DNA of 33,337 nucleotides from the NCBI RefSeq assembly GCF_006345805.1, contig NW_021836025.1:1-33337 (forward strand), in the 5' to 3' direction. Positions 11,361 through 23,339 of the stretch are shown one piece after another. The notes beneath the pieces were generated by a model. The model ran no database searches, had not been told where the DNA came from, and saw only the letters and a list, made by a program, of their open reading frames with translations. Origin of the DNA: Octopus sinensis. Taxonomy: Eukaryota. A program made the translations under genes and the position numbers. Every line of letters starts with the position of its first letter. The first letter of the stretch is position 1.

Positions 11361-11976
11361 AGAGGTCAAACTAATATGGACAATTTCTTTCCAGAGATAA
11401 AGCTGGGCTTGTGTTGGGTCAACACACCTATCTAGAAAAGAAAGCAAGTTACGGAAACATCGATTACAATTCAAGAGCAGGATTTGAAAAAGGAAGGTCT
11501 TCCTTTAGAGAAATATATGGACGGGATACAACAATATCCGACAGGAAGTTGCAAGGAAGAAGCATCGATCCAGTGGGGGGGGGGGGAGAGGCAGAAAAGA
11601 CAGTCCAGGATGGATAGTGGGAACAGTTTGTCTATAGGTTTATGGTCTATCTGGAGTGAAATCCTTTCTTAAAAGTAATCTGGAACTGAACAGAAACTGA
11701 GTGGCAGGGTGCGTAAGATATTGGACTACATGTAGAGGGATCCCGGACAAGACGGTATTTTAGATTAGGTTTAATGAAGATGATCAAAGTAGGTCCAGGT
11801 TATCTGGAAATATTGATTTGCCACAGACTGGCGTCCTTTCCGGAGAGAAATTTGCCACTCAGCCACTTTAAGCAAGGAAATTGTTTCCAAGAGCCGGCAG
11901 GTAGGTATCTCGCGTGATTAACGGGACATTTATCTTCACAGTTTAACACCTACCCAGACCGACTCAACATCACAAA

Positions 11977-12201
11977 TACAGGGTGGGGGTGCTGGAAAGT
12001 TCCTAGCTTTGGATAAAACAAAAAACAGGAGGATCAACTTAATTATAATTTCATTCAACAGATTTCCCTCTCAGATTCACACACTTATTGCAGCGGTCCT
12101 TTAGTTTTTCAAAGCCCCGGAAAAGAACTCGGGAGGTTGAACCTCCAACCAAGTCTTTCGTGATACCCTTAAAACTAGTAACTTTTCAGCATCCCCTCGT
12201 A
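11977..12201. mobile_element. Tc1/mariner-type MITE
   Basis: Imperfect TIRs (GGGGTGCTGGAAAGTTCCTAG ... CTAGTAACTTTTCAGCATCCCC) with TA at both ends. Homologues at 30155 and 32372. Confidence 0.8.
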
Positions 12202-12323
12202 TCTCCATTACTATCCATAATAAAAATACCAATGATCTACTAATGCTAAATCAATCGACTCTATCCAGATCAATAACAAAATTAGTCTTCGCCTGTAAAC
12301 AAATCCTTATTACAGGAATGTAA

Positions 12324-12554
12324 TGCGGCGAGCTGGCAGAATCGTTAGCACGCCGGGCGAAATGCGTAGCCGTATATCGTCTGCCGTTACGTCCTGAGTT
12401 CAAATTCCACCAAGGTCGACTTTGCCTCTCATCCTTTCGAGGTCGATAAATTAAGTACCAGTTACGCACTGGAGTCGATGTAATCGACTTAATCCGTTTG
12501 TCTGTCCTTGTTTGTACCCTCTATGTTTAGCCCCTTCAGGGCAATAAACAAATA
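12324..12554 (+). mobile_element. Full-length family A SINE, 10-bp TSD
   Basis: AGGAATGTAA at 12314-12323 and 12555-12564. It sits immediately 5' of an older copy starting at 12565. Confidence 0.9.
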
Positions 12555-12564
12555 AGGAATGTAA

Positions 12565-12995
12565 GGCGGTGAGCTGGCAGAATCGTTAGAGCACCGGAAT
12601 AAACTACTAAGAGCATTTTTTTCCGGTTATCTTGTTTTTTGACGTTCTGAGTTCAAATCTCGTAGAGGTCGGCTTTGTTTGGTAAAATAAAATACCAGCT
12701 GTAGATTATATCTGCTTACATCCGCCCTTCAAAATTACTGGTTTTCTGTCTAAATCAGAAAACATAATTGAAGAAACTGGCCGAACCGTTAAAGAGTCAG
12801 ACAAAATGTAGTATTTCCTCCGTGTTTCTCTTTTTTTTTTTTCTTTACATTTTGAGTTCAAATCACGTTGAGGTCGTCTTTGACTTTTATCCTTTCGGGG
12901 CAATAAAATAAAATGCCAGTTCAGTAAGGAATTGTCATAATTAGTCGATTGAATCCCTCTCCTCCTAAGATTGCTGGCCTAGTGCTTCAACCGGA
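12565..12995 (+). mobile_element. Two older, diverged family A-related SINE remnants (about 12565-12700 and 12770-12995)
   Basis: GGCGGTGAGCTGGCAGAATCGTTAG head. TTCTGAGTTCAAAT and TTTGAGTTCAAAT B-box regions. Confidence 0.7.
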
Positions 12996-13077
12996 AACAG
13001 TTATCGATGGATATATCCGCTTATATGTGTACGTACGTACGTACGTACGTACGTACGTACGTATGTATGTATGTATG

Positions 13078-13109
<32 letters not shown>

Positions 13110-14313
13110 TGTATGTATATGTGTATGTACTTAAAGTATACATATACACACCGACGTGCGTATGCCTATATATATTCATATGTATGGTTTAATTCTCTAT
13201 GAGTGAATATTTGTGTGAGCATGTGCGCGCACACGTGTATGTTTGTGTGTGTCTGTGTGTCCGTGTGTGCCTGTGCGTGTGATTAGCCATGTGATAATGT
13301 GCTTTTCTAAATCCCAGTCCAATACCACCATAACTACAACGACGACGACGATGACCACCACCACCACCACCACCACCACTACCACCCTTCATACTATAAA
13401 ACAGCAAATCCTTTTGGCAGACACCATGTCCATTCCCTGGTCACTACCGCTGTAACCAGTAAGCCACAGCGTAGCAACTTACTAACATGATGCGATATCA
13501 AATGATGATTCCTGTTATTCCGCTTTGTAAATAGATACGAGTAAAGTGTTCTTGTGTGATAACCAATCGATATGGTATTTAGGTCGATGGTCGCTATTGG
13601 CATTCATGCGCTGGTAATAGACTCCATTACTCTGTAAAGAGTTGTACTGGATTTGTTGCAAGAGACGAAGCAGGCGATACACTCCAATGGTCACCATCAC
13701 TGCTTTGTGTATGTAGTACTGTGGTGTATCGTTATGACTGAATCCGTTTCGGTATGGAATAGATTTGTTGTGGATTTCCACTGCTGTTAGCGTGGCTGTA
13801 GTTGCTTATAGTCAGGTCTACTCAGATCGAACAGACTTGTAATTAAATGCTTTCCAGCCGTGACCTTTTCGTTTATTTTTGTATAGCAGGGATTTACATT
13901 GGATAATGTGGCCTTCCATTCAAGAAAGAAGTGTTAATATGGCGAGATGAAACCTATTGTTGTTAAGAGAAAGGCCAGTGTTGCAATAGTTATTTTGTTT
14001 TAGGCTAGTCATTATTAAATAAGGCGTTCTATCTCTGACCATCCCGTCTTTTATACAAACAGTGTATGTAACATTATCTAACGTGTCTTGCAATTTTTAA
14101 AAGTAGGAAAATTTAAGGAAGAGTGGTGGGTATTGCCAGAAAGTGAGGGCAACCATATTGTGGTGAGGGATACATGTATAAAATGTGGGGTAAAACATGT
14201 ATGATAAAACAAGTTTATATGTGTGTTTAGCATATAGGGTAGAACATGTAGTATAGAACATGTATAAACGTGCGGCGAAACATGTATAGATGAGATGGAA
14301 CATGTATAGATAT

Positions 14314-14908
14314 AGCTGGTAGAAACGTTAGCACGCCGGGCGAAATGCGTAGCGGTATTTCGTCTGCCGTTACGTTCTGAGTTCAAATTCCACCGAGGTC
14401 GACTTTGTCTATCATCCTTTCGGGGTTGATCAAACAAGTACCAGTTACGCACTGGGGTCGATATAATCGACTTAATCCGTTTGTCTGTCCTTGTTTGTCC
14501 TCTCTGTGTTTAGCTCCTTGTGGATAGTAAAGAAATAGGTATTTCGTCTACCGCTACGTTCTGAGTTCAAATTCCGCCGAGGTCGACTTTGCCTTTCATC
14601 CTTTCGGAGTCGATTAAAGAAGTACCAGTTACGCACTGGGGTCGATATAATCGACTTAATCCGTTTGTCTGTCCTTGTTTGTCCTCTCTGTGTTTAGCTC
14701 CTTGTGGATAGTAAAGAAATAGGTATTTCGTCTACCGCTACGTTCTGAGTTCAAATTCCGCCGAGGTCGACTTTGCCTTTCATCCTTTCGGAGTCGATTA
14801 AAGAAGTACCAGTTACGCACTGGGGTCGATATAATCGACTTAATCACTTTGTCTGTCCTTGTTTGTCCCCTCTGTCTGTAGCCCCTTGTGGGCAGTAAAG
14901 AAATAAGA
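14314..14908 (+). mobile_element. Family A SINE followed by two 184-bp truncated tandem units
   Basis: Units start at 14539 and 14723 with the same AAAGAAATAG|GTATTT junction as the 4403 array. Confidence 0.92.
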
Positions 14909-15820
14909 TATGTGTTATATTGGCATAAATGTGAGGCGAAAGCTGTATGAATATGAGAAGACATACTCTGATATAAAACCGGAAGAACGTCTAGCTTATG
15001 GGGATCTCAGCCACCAGGAGATCAGCTGTTCTTTCTGAACTGTGAATGCAGTTCTCTGTACGCTTTACTCATTATGATCAATTTGACACGCAAGAAACTT
15101 TTTTTGGAAAACACGCACAAGCTGAAAGCCCTGATGCGAAATGAAGGAGTGGAACATAACGTCCAATTTTGATCAGCTGGAAGTACAGAATGACAAACCT
15201 GTACGTAGGCAGCTTGGGATATTGGTTGCTTGTTTTACAAACTATGGCGATGCAGAGATTTGGCAGCAACACGAGTGGCTAGAAAGCCCTTTCTGGAGAT
15301 AACTCTGATTGCCTGTGAACCAGAAAGGACTAAGAAAAGGTGGTATAATTCTGGAACTGGTAAGCGACCCTGCGGCTGGTAGTTGTTTGATTTTGCAGGC
15401 CTTTGAAGTAACATTGAAGAAATTTAACAATTTACCAAGAATTGGTCGCACTCGGACACGTGCTGACTTCCACACGAAAGAAGGGAAAAAAGAAAGAAAG
15501 AAAGGTATAGGTATAAGGCTCTTTGCAACCATGTGGTCCCGAGTTTGATACCACTTACAGTCTAGAACATTGGTCACATATCTAAAGCCATAAGTCTCGA
15601 CTAATAAATATATTTTGAGTGGAATTTGAAAGACTGATGTTCAGCAATAGCCCTACGAGTTGTGGAGGTGAGTGGAGAGTGAAAGAGAAAGAGGGAGAGA
15701 GAAAGAGAGAGAGAGGGGAGAATAAAAGAGAGGAAGAGAGAGAGAGAACAAGAGGGAGCGAAAGGAAAAGCATGAGATTCGTTCATAATACAAATGATTA
15801 GAATAAGTTTCAGAGAATTA

Positions 15821-15870
15821 AAACTAATCAAGACGTTTCGGATGTATTTACTTCTTCGGGTTATATAGTT
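15821..15870 (-). ncRNA. Possible heavily decayed hammerhead remnant
   Basis: Minus strand: AACTATATAAC-CCGAAGA-AGTAAATACATCC-GAAA-CG-TC-TTGATTAGTT. U4 is changed to C, stem II is eroded and stem I pairs about 7 of 10. Confidence 0.3.
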
Positions 15871-16454
15871 GGAGTGCTATGGCAGAATGAAAACATAGGA
15901 GAATATATATCACAGAAAGGGAAATAGTCAAGCGGACTGTTTAATTAGTCGCTATTCCTTGATGATCTGAGCGTAGTGAGACAAATCTGTTGTTTAAAGA
16001 CAAGGCAACGAATGGGAGCGAAGTGACTAATAAGTTCTTGTTTGTGTGTGTTAAGATAAGTGCGCGAGTGTGTAGAAGAGTAGTATTGTCTGTGTGTGTG
16101 CATTTCTCTGTGTGTGTGAGTGCGTGTGTGCGTGTGTGTCTCTGTGTCTGTGTGAGTGTGTGTGTTTGTGTGTGGTTCTGTATCTATCGTGCTGTATATG
16201 TGTGTTTGTCGCGTCCGTTGTTTTCAAGTGTGGTGTTCATGTACGAAAGGTCAGTGGACTTTAGCCAGTGGCTGCGAGTTTGTGTACGAGTTACGCGCAT
16301 AAGTGAGTGTATGTATTTTCAGTGCCACGTGTGTTAAGTGTGTGCGTATGTGCTTGTGTGTGTGTGTGTGCGTGCACGAGCGTGTGGTTGTATTCTGTGG
16401 ATATTTGATGGGATTTCCGTAAGTATATGTTTATATACATGTGTGTGTCGAGGC

Positions 16455-16785
16455 GGAGGCGCGTGGCTTAGTGGTTAAGGTGTTAAACCCATGATCATAA
16501 GATTGCAATTTCAATTCATAGACAGGTCGACGCGTTGTGTCCTTGAGCAAAACACTTCATTCCACGTTGCTCCAGTCCACTCAGCTGGCAAAAATGAATT
16601 GTACCTGGAATTCAAAGGACCAGCTTTGTTACATTCAGTGTCACACTGAATCTCCCTGAGAACTACATCAATGGAACGCATGTCTGCGGAGTGCTCAGCC
16701 ACTTTCACGTTAATTTCACGAGCAAGCTATTTCGTTGGTCGGATCAACTAGAACCCTCATCGTCGCAACTGACAGAGTTCCACTT
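16455..16785 (+). mobile_element. tRNA-headed SINE sharing its 3' half with family C but with a different middle
   Basis: Head GGAGGCGCGTGGCTTAGTGGTT, domain CCTTGAGCAAAACACTTCATTCCACGTTGCTCCAGT, and 3' CACGTTAATTTCACGAGC...GGATCAAC as in 8398-8781. Confidence 0.85.
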
Positions 16786-17349
16786 AATTCGTGGGCGTGT
16801 GCTTGTTCCTATACTGCACGTATGGGAATGATTACATGTGTGTATAAATATTTGTGTATATATTATATATATATATATACTATAATATATATAATATATA
16901 TATATAGTTATATATATATATATATATATATGTATATGTGTATATATGTATCCGAGCGTGTGTGTGTCTGTGCTTGTGTGTTTGTGTGTTTGCGTCGTGT
17001 GTATGTCCGTCGATACGAAGGTGCGCGTGTACCTATGATGGAGCTGCATGTGCACGTGTACTTGTGTGTGTGTGTGTATACATATATATACATGTATATG
17101 TATGTGTATGTGTGCGTGCGTGTAAGTCGGTTGATTTCATCTGTGTATGCATGCGTGCGTGTGCGCGCTGTGCATGCTTGCCTGTGTGTGAGTGCGTGAA
17201 TGTGTGCGTGTGGGCGGGTCTGTGCACGTGCTGCAACAGTGCGTATCCGTACATTTTCTTGTATGTGAGTGAAAGCTTTGTGTATCTGCATGTGTGTGTG
17301 TGCACATGTATATGTATGTATAGAATCAATGAGTATGTGTATGTGTATG

Positions 17350-17385
<36 letters not shown>

Positions 17386-18129
17386 GGTGTGTGGGGTGGC
17401 AATGGCGGAAGTGCTAGATTAATCTGTTTATGTCCACGCTCTAAAAACCGTTGCCGTTTACGCTAATGTCCCTTATGTATCGTAAACTTTTACAACAAAA
17501 AACCAGAGATCGATAAATAAATACTAAATTGATAGAAGTATTTGGGGTCGATACACTAGCGTAGAGGAAAGGGAGCAAGGGCGGCGGACCACCACCTTGT
17601 GTTGCTGTTCTGAGGGACCAGATTTCCTATATGTATTTCATGTTGCGATTTCTGTGGGTGTGGGTAGAAAACCTACGGCAGACAACCTCGGAATGCCCCG
17701 GACAGTCCCAGACATTCCTGGACACTTCCTGACAGTCCGAAGCAGTCCATTACACCTCCGAAGAGCTACTGATAGTTACGGACAACCATGGGTATCCCTG
17801 CACGGCACCAATTCTTAATATGCCACTGGGATAATAATGTCCAGTAAAACACCCCGATACATTGCACCGGCATGACCGAGAGCAGTAGGATAGCAAAGAG
17901 AAATGTGTGTGTGTGTGTGTGTGTGTGTGTGTTGTAACGTGAGTAACCTAGTGACTCACGATTGTAAGGTCGTGGGTTCGATTTTTCGATTGGGCAGCAG
18001 ATTGTGTTCTTGAGCAAGTTATTTCTTTCTACAATACTCCAGTGCAAATAGCAGAAAATGAGAATCTGATGAGTGATGATACATCACTGGTTCTCTCTCT
18101 CTCCCTCTCTCTCTCTCTTTCTTTCTCCC

Positions 18130-18160
<31 letters not shown>

Positions 18161-18380
18161 TTCAGCTGTTACATACTTGATGGATCAGGGGTAGGAGTAG
18201 CGAAAGGATGTGTATGACTGATTGCGATCGATTACATAAGTATCTCTTAAACGATTAGGGAAAAAGCGTGGTACATATTGCATGGAACGGCTCGGCTTTT
18301 TGGGGAAATATACAAACGTTTATCCTGGAATAAGCGTAAATATTTTCCCCTGTGATTGAATACATCCACAACAACACAAG

Positions 18381-18744
18381 GAATACTGGTGGAACATTCC
18401 CATCAAAACATCTGTCAAATGTAAGCATAACAGGCCGGATATTGTTGTTTGGGACATACAAGAATGAGTATATACCGTCAAAGAGGTCAGCTGTCTCTCT
18501 GAGGTGAATAACATTTTGAAAATCTGAGAAAGAGGATAACTATGGACAACTGCTTTGAAACATCCAGCTTCTATGTTCGGAATATGAATTCGGATCTATA
18601 CCAATAATAATTGGTGCACTTGGTTTTGTGAGCAACTGCCTAAGGGACAATCTGAATAAGTTGGAGATAACTCTCAAATTACAAATACAAACTATAAGTG
18701 GAACAGTAAAGATATGCAAGACTTTTCTCAAGTTTAAGATCTGA
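18381..18744 (+). mobile_element. 3' remnant of a non-LTR retrotransposon with a restriction-like endonuclease (R2/R4/NeSL/CRE group), pseudogenised
   Basis: Hand translation: EYWWNIPIKTSVKCKHNRPDIVVWDIQE*VYTVKEVSCLSEVN, then a frameshift, then YGQLL*NIQLLCSEYEFGSIPIIIGALGFVS...LQIQTISGTVKICKTFLKFKI*. RPD..E and PIIIGALG match the PD-(D/E)xK C-terminus of these elements. Confidence 0.85.
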
Positions 18745-18832
18745 ATTAGTTGTCTACATTCCAACGATGGAGCTTTGTATCTTTGTTAGAAAGCAGCCCC
18801 TTTTTCAGAGGAAGAATTTAAATAATTGGAAG

Positions 18833-18906
18833 CATACATACATACATACATACATACATACATACATACATACATTCATACATACATACATACATACATA
18901 CATACA

Positions 18907-18938
<32 letters not shown>

Positions 18939-18940
18939 CA
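18833..18940. repeat. (CATA)n microsatellite about 90 bp 3' of the retrotransposon stop codon
   Basis: Direct reading. Confidence 0.95.
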
Positions 18941-19028
18941 TCATATAGCTGCACATCGAAATGACTGAAACAGTTAAAAGAATAAAAGAATATACCACAC
19001 ACACATACATATATGTACATATTGTGTG

Positions 19029-19077
<49 letters not shown>

Positions 19078-19145
19078 ATATATATATATCTATATATATA
19101 TATCTGTCTGTTTATCTATCTATCATCTCTCTCTCTCTCTCTCTC

Positions 19146-19179
<34 letters not shown>

Positions 19180-19234
19180 CAGCATACATAAATATAATTG
19201 GGGCGGAGTGTATGCATGTGCGTGAACGCATAGT

Positions 19235-19420
19235 CCTGGTAGTTAATAAGCTGCATTCACGCAAGATGGTGATTGCGATTCCCAAACCAGAGGTGTGTTG
19301 TGTTTTTGATCATAAGCACTTCATTCCACGTTGCCCCAATCTATTCAGAACAGAGACGAAAATGTGTTACCCGGCGATGGACTCGAGTTCCATCGTGGGG
19401 ACATGCTGGCCTGCCCTCCC
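19235..19420 (+). mobile_element. Old SINE fragment with the family C-type central domain
   Basis: GTGTTGTGTTTTTGATCATAAGCACTTCATTCCACGTTGCCCCAAT resembles 16537-16580. Confidence 0.55.
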
Positions 19421-20137
19421 AGCCAACTCATACATATGTATGTATGTATGTATTTATGTATGTATGTATGTAGTATGTATGTATGTATGTTCTTGTGTGT
19501 ATGTGTATGTATGTATGTATGTATGTATGTGCATGTGTGTGTATGTATTTAGGTTCGTATGTAAGTGTATGTATGTATGTATACATGCACGCATGCATGC
19601 ATGCATGTATATATGTATGTATGTGGATGTGTGGGTGTATGTATGTATATATGTATATATGTATGCATGTATATATATATATATATATAATATATATTGT
19701 GCATCTATGCATATATGTTTGGTTGTGTTTGTATATTTATGCATGTATGTATAATGTATGTATGCATGCATGTGTGTGTGTGTGTTTGTGTGTGCGTGTG
19801 TGTGTGTGTGTCTAACCTAACACGTGTAAACAACAAGTGATCGGCAAATACAGATCGATCTCTCGAACGGGGAGTCATGATTGGCACCATGTATGAGGGC
19901 TGAGGTACCTCGTCAATGTATCTTACTTTTAGTACTTTTATGACAACAGGAAACAGTAATAAGAATGTCAACATCAACAACAACAACAGCAACGCTATTG
20001 GTGACTGACCACCACCACCATGATGAAGATGCGGTTCCGGGTATCAAGAGCCGGGATAATGCTTATATATAAATGCATATATATATATCTAGGTATTAAT
20101 ATATATATATATACATGTCTAGGAGGAGCATATATAC

Positions 20138-20186
<49 letters not shown>

Positions 20187-20239
20187 GCAGCGACAAAGGA
20201 AGGCACTCAGCTGAACAGACAGGCAGATAGAATAGATAC

Positions 20240-20279
<40 letters not shown>

Positions 20280-20293
20280 CAGATAGACAGATG

Positions 20294-20327
<34 letters not shown>

Positions 20328-20376
20328 GGATGGACAGACAGATAGACAGACAGACAGACGGACGGACGGACGGACG

Positions 20377-20414
<38 letters not shown>

Positions 20415-20415
20415 G

Positions 20416-20487
<72 letters not shown>

Positions 20488-20490
20488 GGA
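20240..20490. repeat. Compound tetranucleotide microsatellite (GATA)/(GACA)/(GACG)
   Basis: Direct reading. It abuts the donor site of the ankyrin exon. Confidence 0.95.
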
Positions 20491-20501
20491 TGGTGACTTA
20501 C

Positions 20502-20600
20502 CTTGTCTCTCAACTCTACGTCTGTCCCATTGTCCAGCAGTAACTGTATAATATCAATGTTGCCTTCGGCTGCTGCCCAATGCAGTGCAGTTCTGTCGAG
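20502..20600 (-). CDS. Internal coding exon of an ankyrin-repeat protein (one 33-aa repeat)
   Basis: Acceptor TCTTCTTCTGTTTGGCAG|CTC and donor AAG|GTAAGT bound 99 nt, phase 0-0, translating [33 protein letters not shown] (ankyrin TxLHxAAxxG...LLxxG). It resembles ANKDD1-type repeats from memory, but one repeat cannot identify the gene. Confidence 0.9.
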
Positions 20601-20863
20601 CTGCCAAACAGAAGAAGAGTTCATGTTGAGTTGACAGGGGGGAAAATAACGGGACATGTTGTGAGAGTGGACTGTGGGAGATGGAGCGGCTGGCAAACAG
20701 GATGGGGGGGGGATAGGACAGAGAGAAAGAGAGAGAGAGAGAGAGAAGGAGAGATGATAATGATGATGAAAGAGTTAGAGATGATGAGGAGAGGAGAGGA
20801 GAGGAAATATGTGTGTTAGAGACAGAGAGAGAGGGGGTGGGGAGAAGAGAAGGGTGGGTGGTG

Positions 20864-20918
<55 letters not shown>

Positions 20919-21112
20919 AGAGGGAAGGAAAGTGTGTTTGGTTTTTGTAAGGGTGATGCAGAGTGTGAGTGTGAGTGTGTGTGTGAGCGGGTGAATGTGA
21001 GGGGGGTGCATTGTAGAAAAAGAAAGAGAGAGAAAAAGAGAGTTTACAGCTTTGCTATGCGTTCATACACCGCGCACCCACTCACGCTTGTGTATTCATG
21101 TATGCATGCAGG

Positions 21113-21169
<57 letters not shown>

Positions 21170-21177
21170 GTATATAC

Positions 21178-21223
<46 letters not shown>

Positions 21224-21570
21224 ATATATATATATATAGATATATAAATATATGTATGTATGTATATGTATCTAAGGAGATAGAGAGGGAGAGACCAGGC
21301 GAGTGAGGCAGAGAGAAAGAGAGAGAGAAGAGAGAGGGACAGAGAGAGAGAGAGAGAGAGAGAAAGGAGAAGGAAAGAAAGGAAAGAGTATTAAGATCGT
21401 GGATAGTTTGTTGTGAGACACATGCACTCACAGACTGACACACACACACACACCTATACGCACGAAGGCACCCCCCACACATACATACCTACATAGATGT
21501 GTATGGATGTATATATATATATATAATATATATATATATATAACACATATATATATACACACATATATAT

Positions 21571-21637
<67 letters not shown>

Positions 21638-21661
21638 TATATACACACATATATATTATAT

Positions 21662-21696
<35 letters not shown>

Positions 21697-21899
21697 CACA
21701 CAAGTAGTATGGTATGTATGTATGTATGGATGTATGGCTGGCTGGCTGGATGGATGGAAGAATGTAGGGAGGGCAGGGGTGTGTGTGGCCGGTTTCATGG
21801 TGGGGGAATAGTTTTCTTATTATTGGTCCATTCCTCTCTCTCGCTCTCTTCCTTCAGCTTTACCAATTCCTTCCCAAGTCAATAGCCATTATGCATGCA

Positions 21900-21943
<44 letters not shown>

Positions 21944-22692
21944 AGACGCATGCGCTTAAACACACACACACAGGCACACAACGGAATACGATGCATCGTA
22001 CTTACAGACACTCGTACACCATGCTATGTATGTATATATATATATATATATATAAATGTATGTATGTGTTTATGTGTGCATGTATGTGTGTATTTATGTG
22101 TGTGTGTGTGTGTACGTATGTATATGCAAAGCAAAACAAAAATGTTATTCATTCGACCTGAAGTACGTACAACTTACGCACACACACAAAGGGTTATGCA
22201 CAAGCAAACACACACACACACACTCACACACTCACACACTCACACTCACACACACACACACACACTCACATACATAGAATTATACACACACACAACACAC
22301 ACGTGCTCGTTACTTTCACAGTTATGATATTCACATCGAGTGGATGTTTTTAATGTTTGAAAACACTTCACGAACAAATGAAAATGGAGCAGACAGCAGC
22401 AGCAGCAGTAGCAGCCGCAGCAGCAGCAGTAGCAACAACAACAACAGCAACTGCAACAACAACAGCAGCGGGGATAACGGCATAAGAAGATCAACATTAA
22501 ACGCAACAACCATAACAATAATAGCAATGACAACAACAACAACAACAACAACAACAACAGCAGCAGCAGCAGTTGCAACAATAACATCAACAACCACATG
22601 AACAACATCAAGAACAATGAAAACAATTGCAAACACCGGAGCTACATGAATAATTATCTCAACAACAACAACAACAACAACAACACAATAAC

Positions 22693-22911
22693 ACTTTCTA
22701 CTAAAGGCATAAGGCCGGAAATTTGTGGGGGAAAGGGACTGACTAATCGATTATGTCGGCCCCAGTGTTTCACTGGTACTTTATTCATCGACCCCCTAAA
22801 GGATAAAAAGCAAAGTCAGCCCAGGCGGAATTTGAACTCAGAACATAAAAACGGACGATAATGCCGCTAAGCATTGTGTAGAGCGTACTAACGATTCTGC
22901 TTGCTCGCCGC

Positions 22912-22914
<3 letters not shown>
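22693..22914 (-). mobile_element. Family A-related SINE with alternative 3' tail (A2)
   Basis: Family A head and core on the minus strand. Tail ...GGCCTTATGCCTTTAGTAGAAAG. Confidence 0.8.
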
Positions 22915-22946
<32 letters not shown>

Positions 22947-22950
22947 TAAT

Positions 22951-22984
<34 letters not shown>

Positions 22985-22988
22985 AATA

Positions 22989-23036
<48 letters not shown>

Positions 23037-23123
23037 TGATTGTATTGCCCTAGGTGTTGGGAAGACATTCGACAAGAACTGGAAACAAAATTGAAAGAAG
23101 GAAGTTAATGCTAATAATAATAG

Positions 23124-23339
23124 TCCTTTCTACTAAAGGTACAAAGCCTGAAATTTGAGGAAAAGATGTAGTCGATTACTTCGACCCCCCAGTGTTCAAC
23201 TGGTACTGAGTTTATCGGCCCTGAGAGAATGAGAGGCTAAGTCGACCGCGGTGGAATTTGAACTCAAAACGTAAAGACGTACGAAAACGTGGCTAAACAC
23301 TTCGCCCGGCGTCTAACGATTCTGCCAACCCGCTGCCTT
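23124..23339 (-). mobile_element. SINE subfamily A2
   Basis: Homologous to 22693-22914 and 24138-24355. Confidence 0.8.

Noticed and set aside
11483-11520. TTGAAAA-AGGAAG GT CTTCCT...GAAATATATG hammerhead-like string
   Set aside because: It has extra bases before GAAA, G at the cleavage position, a 2-nt loop and no stem I, so it is likely chance.
13400-14070. Unique-looking block with short ORFs on both strands (also 1500-2100 and 11400-11900)
   Set aside because: No recognisable motif in any frame by hand. These may be old retroelement debris and need tBLASTx or HMM searches.
15078-15300. Possible minus-strand exon (LIKIGRYVPLLHFAS) or RTE-type LINE relic on the plus strand
   Set aside because: There is a good acceptor but no donor before the stop and no convincing ankyrin consensus. 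The LINE similarity is too weak by eye.
19815-19910. Possible next exon (PSYMVPIMTPRSRDRSVF)
   Set aside because: It has a poor pyrimidine tract, a weak donor and no recognisable domain.
19995-20696. 233-aa ORF as a single-exon gene
   Set aside because: Only 20502-20600 is protein-like and bounded by canonical splice sites. The rest is intron and repeat read-through.
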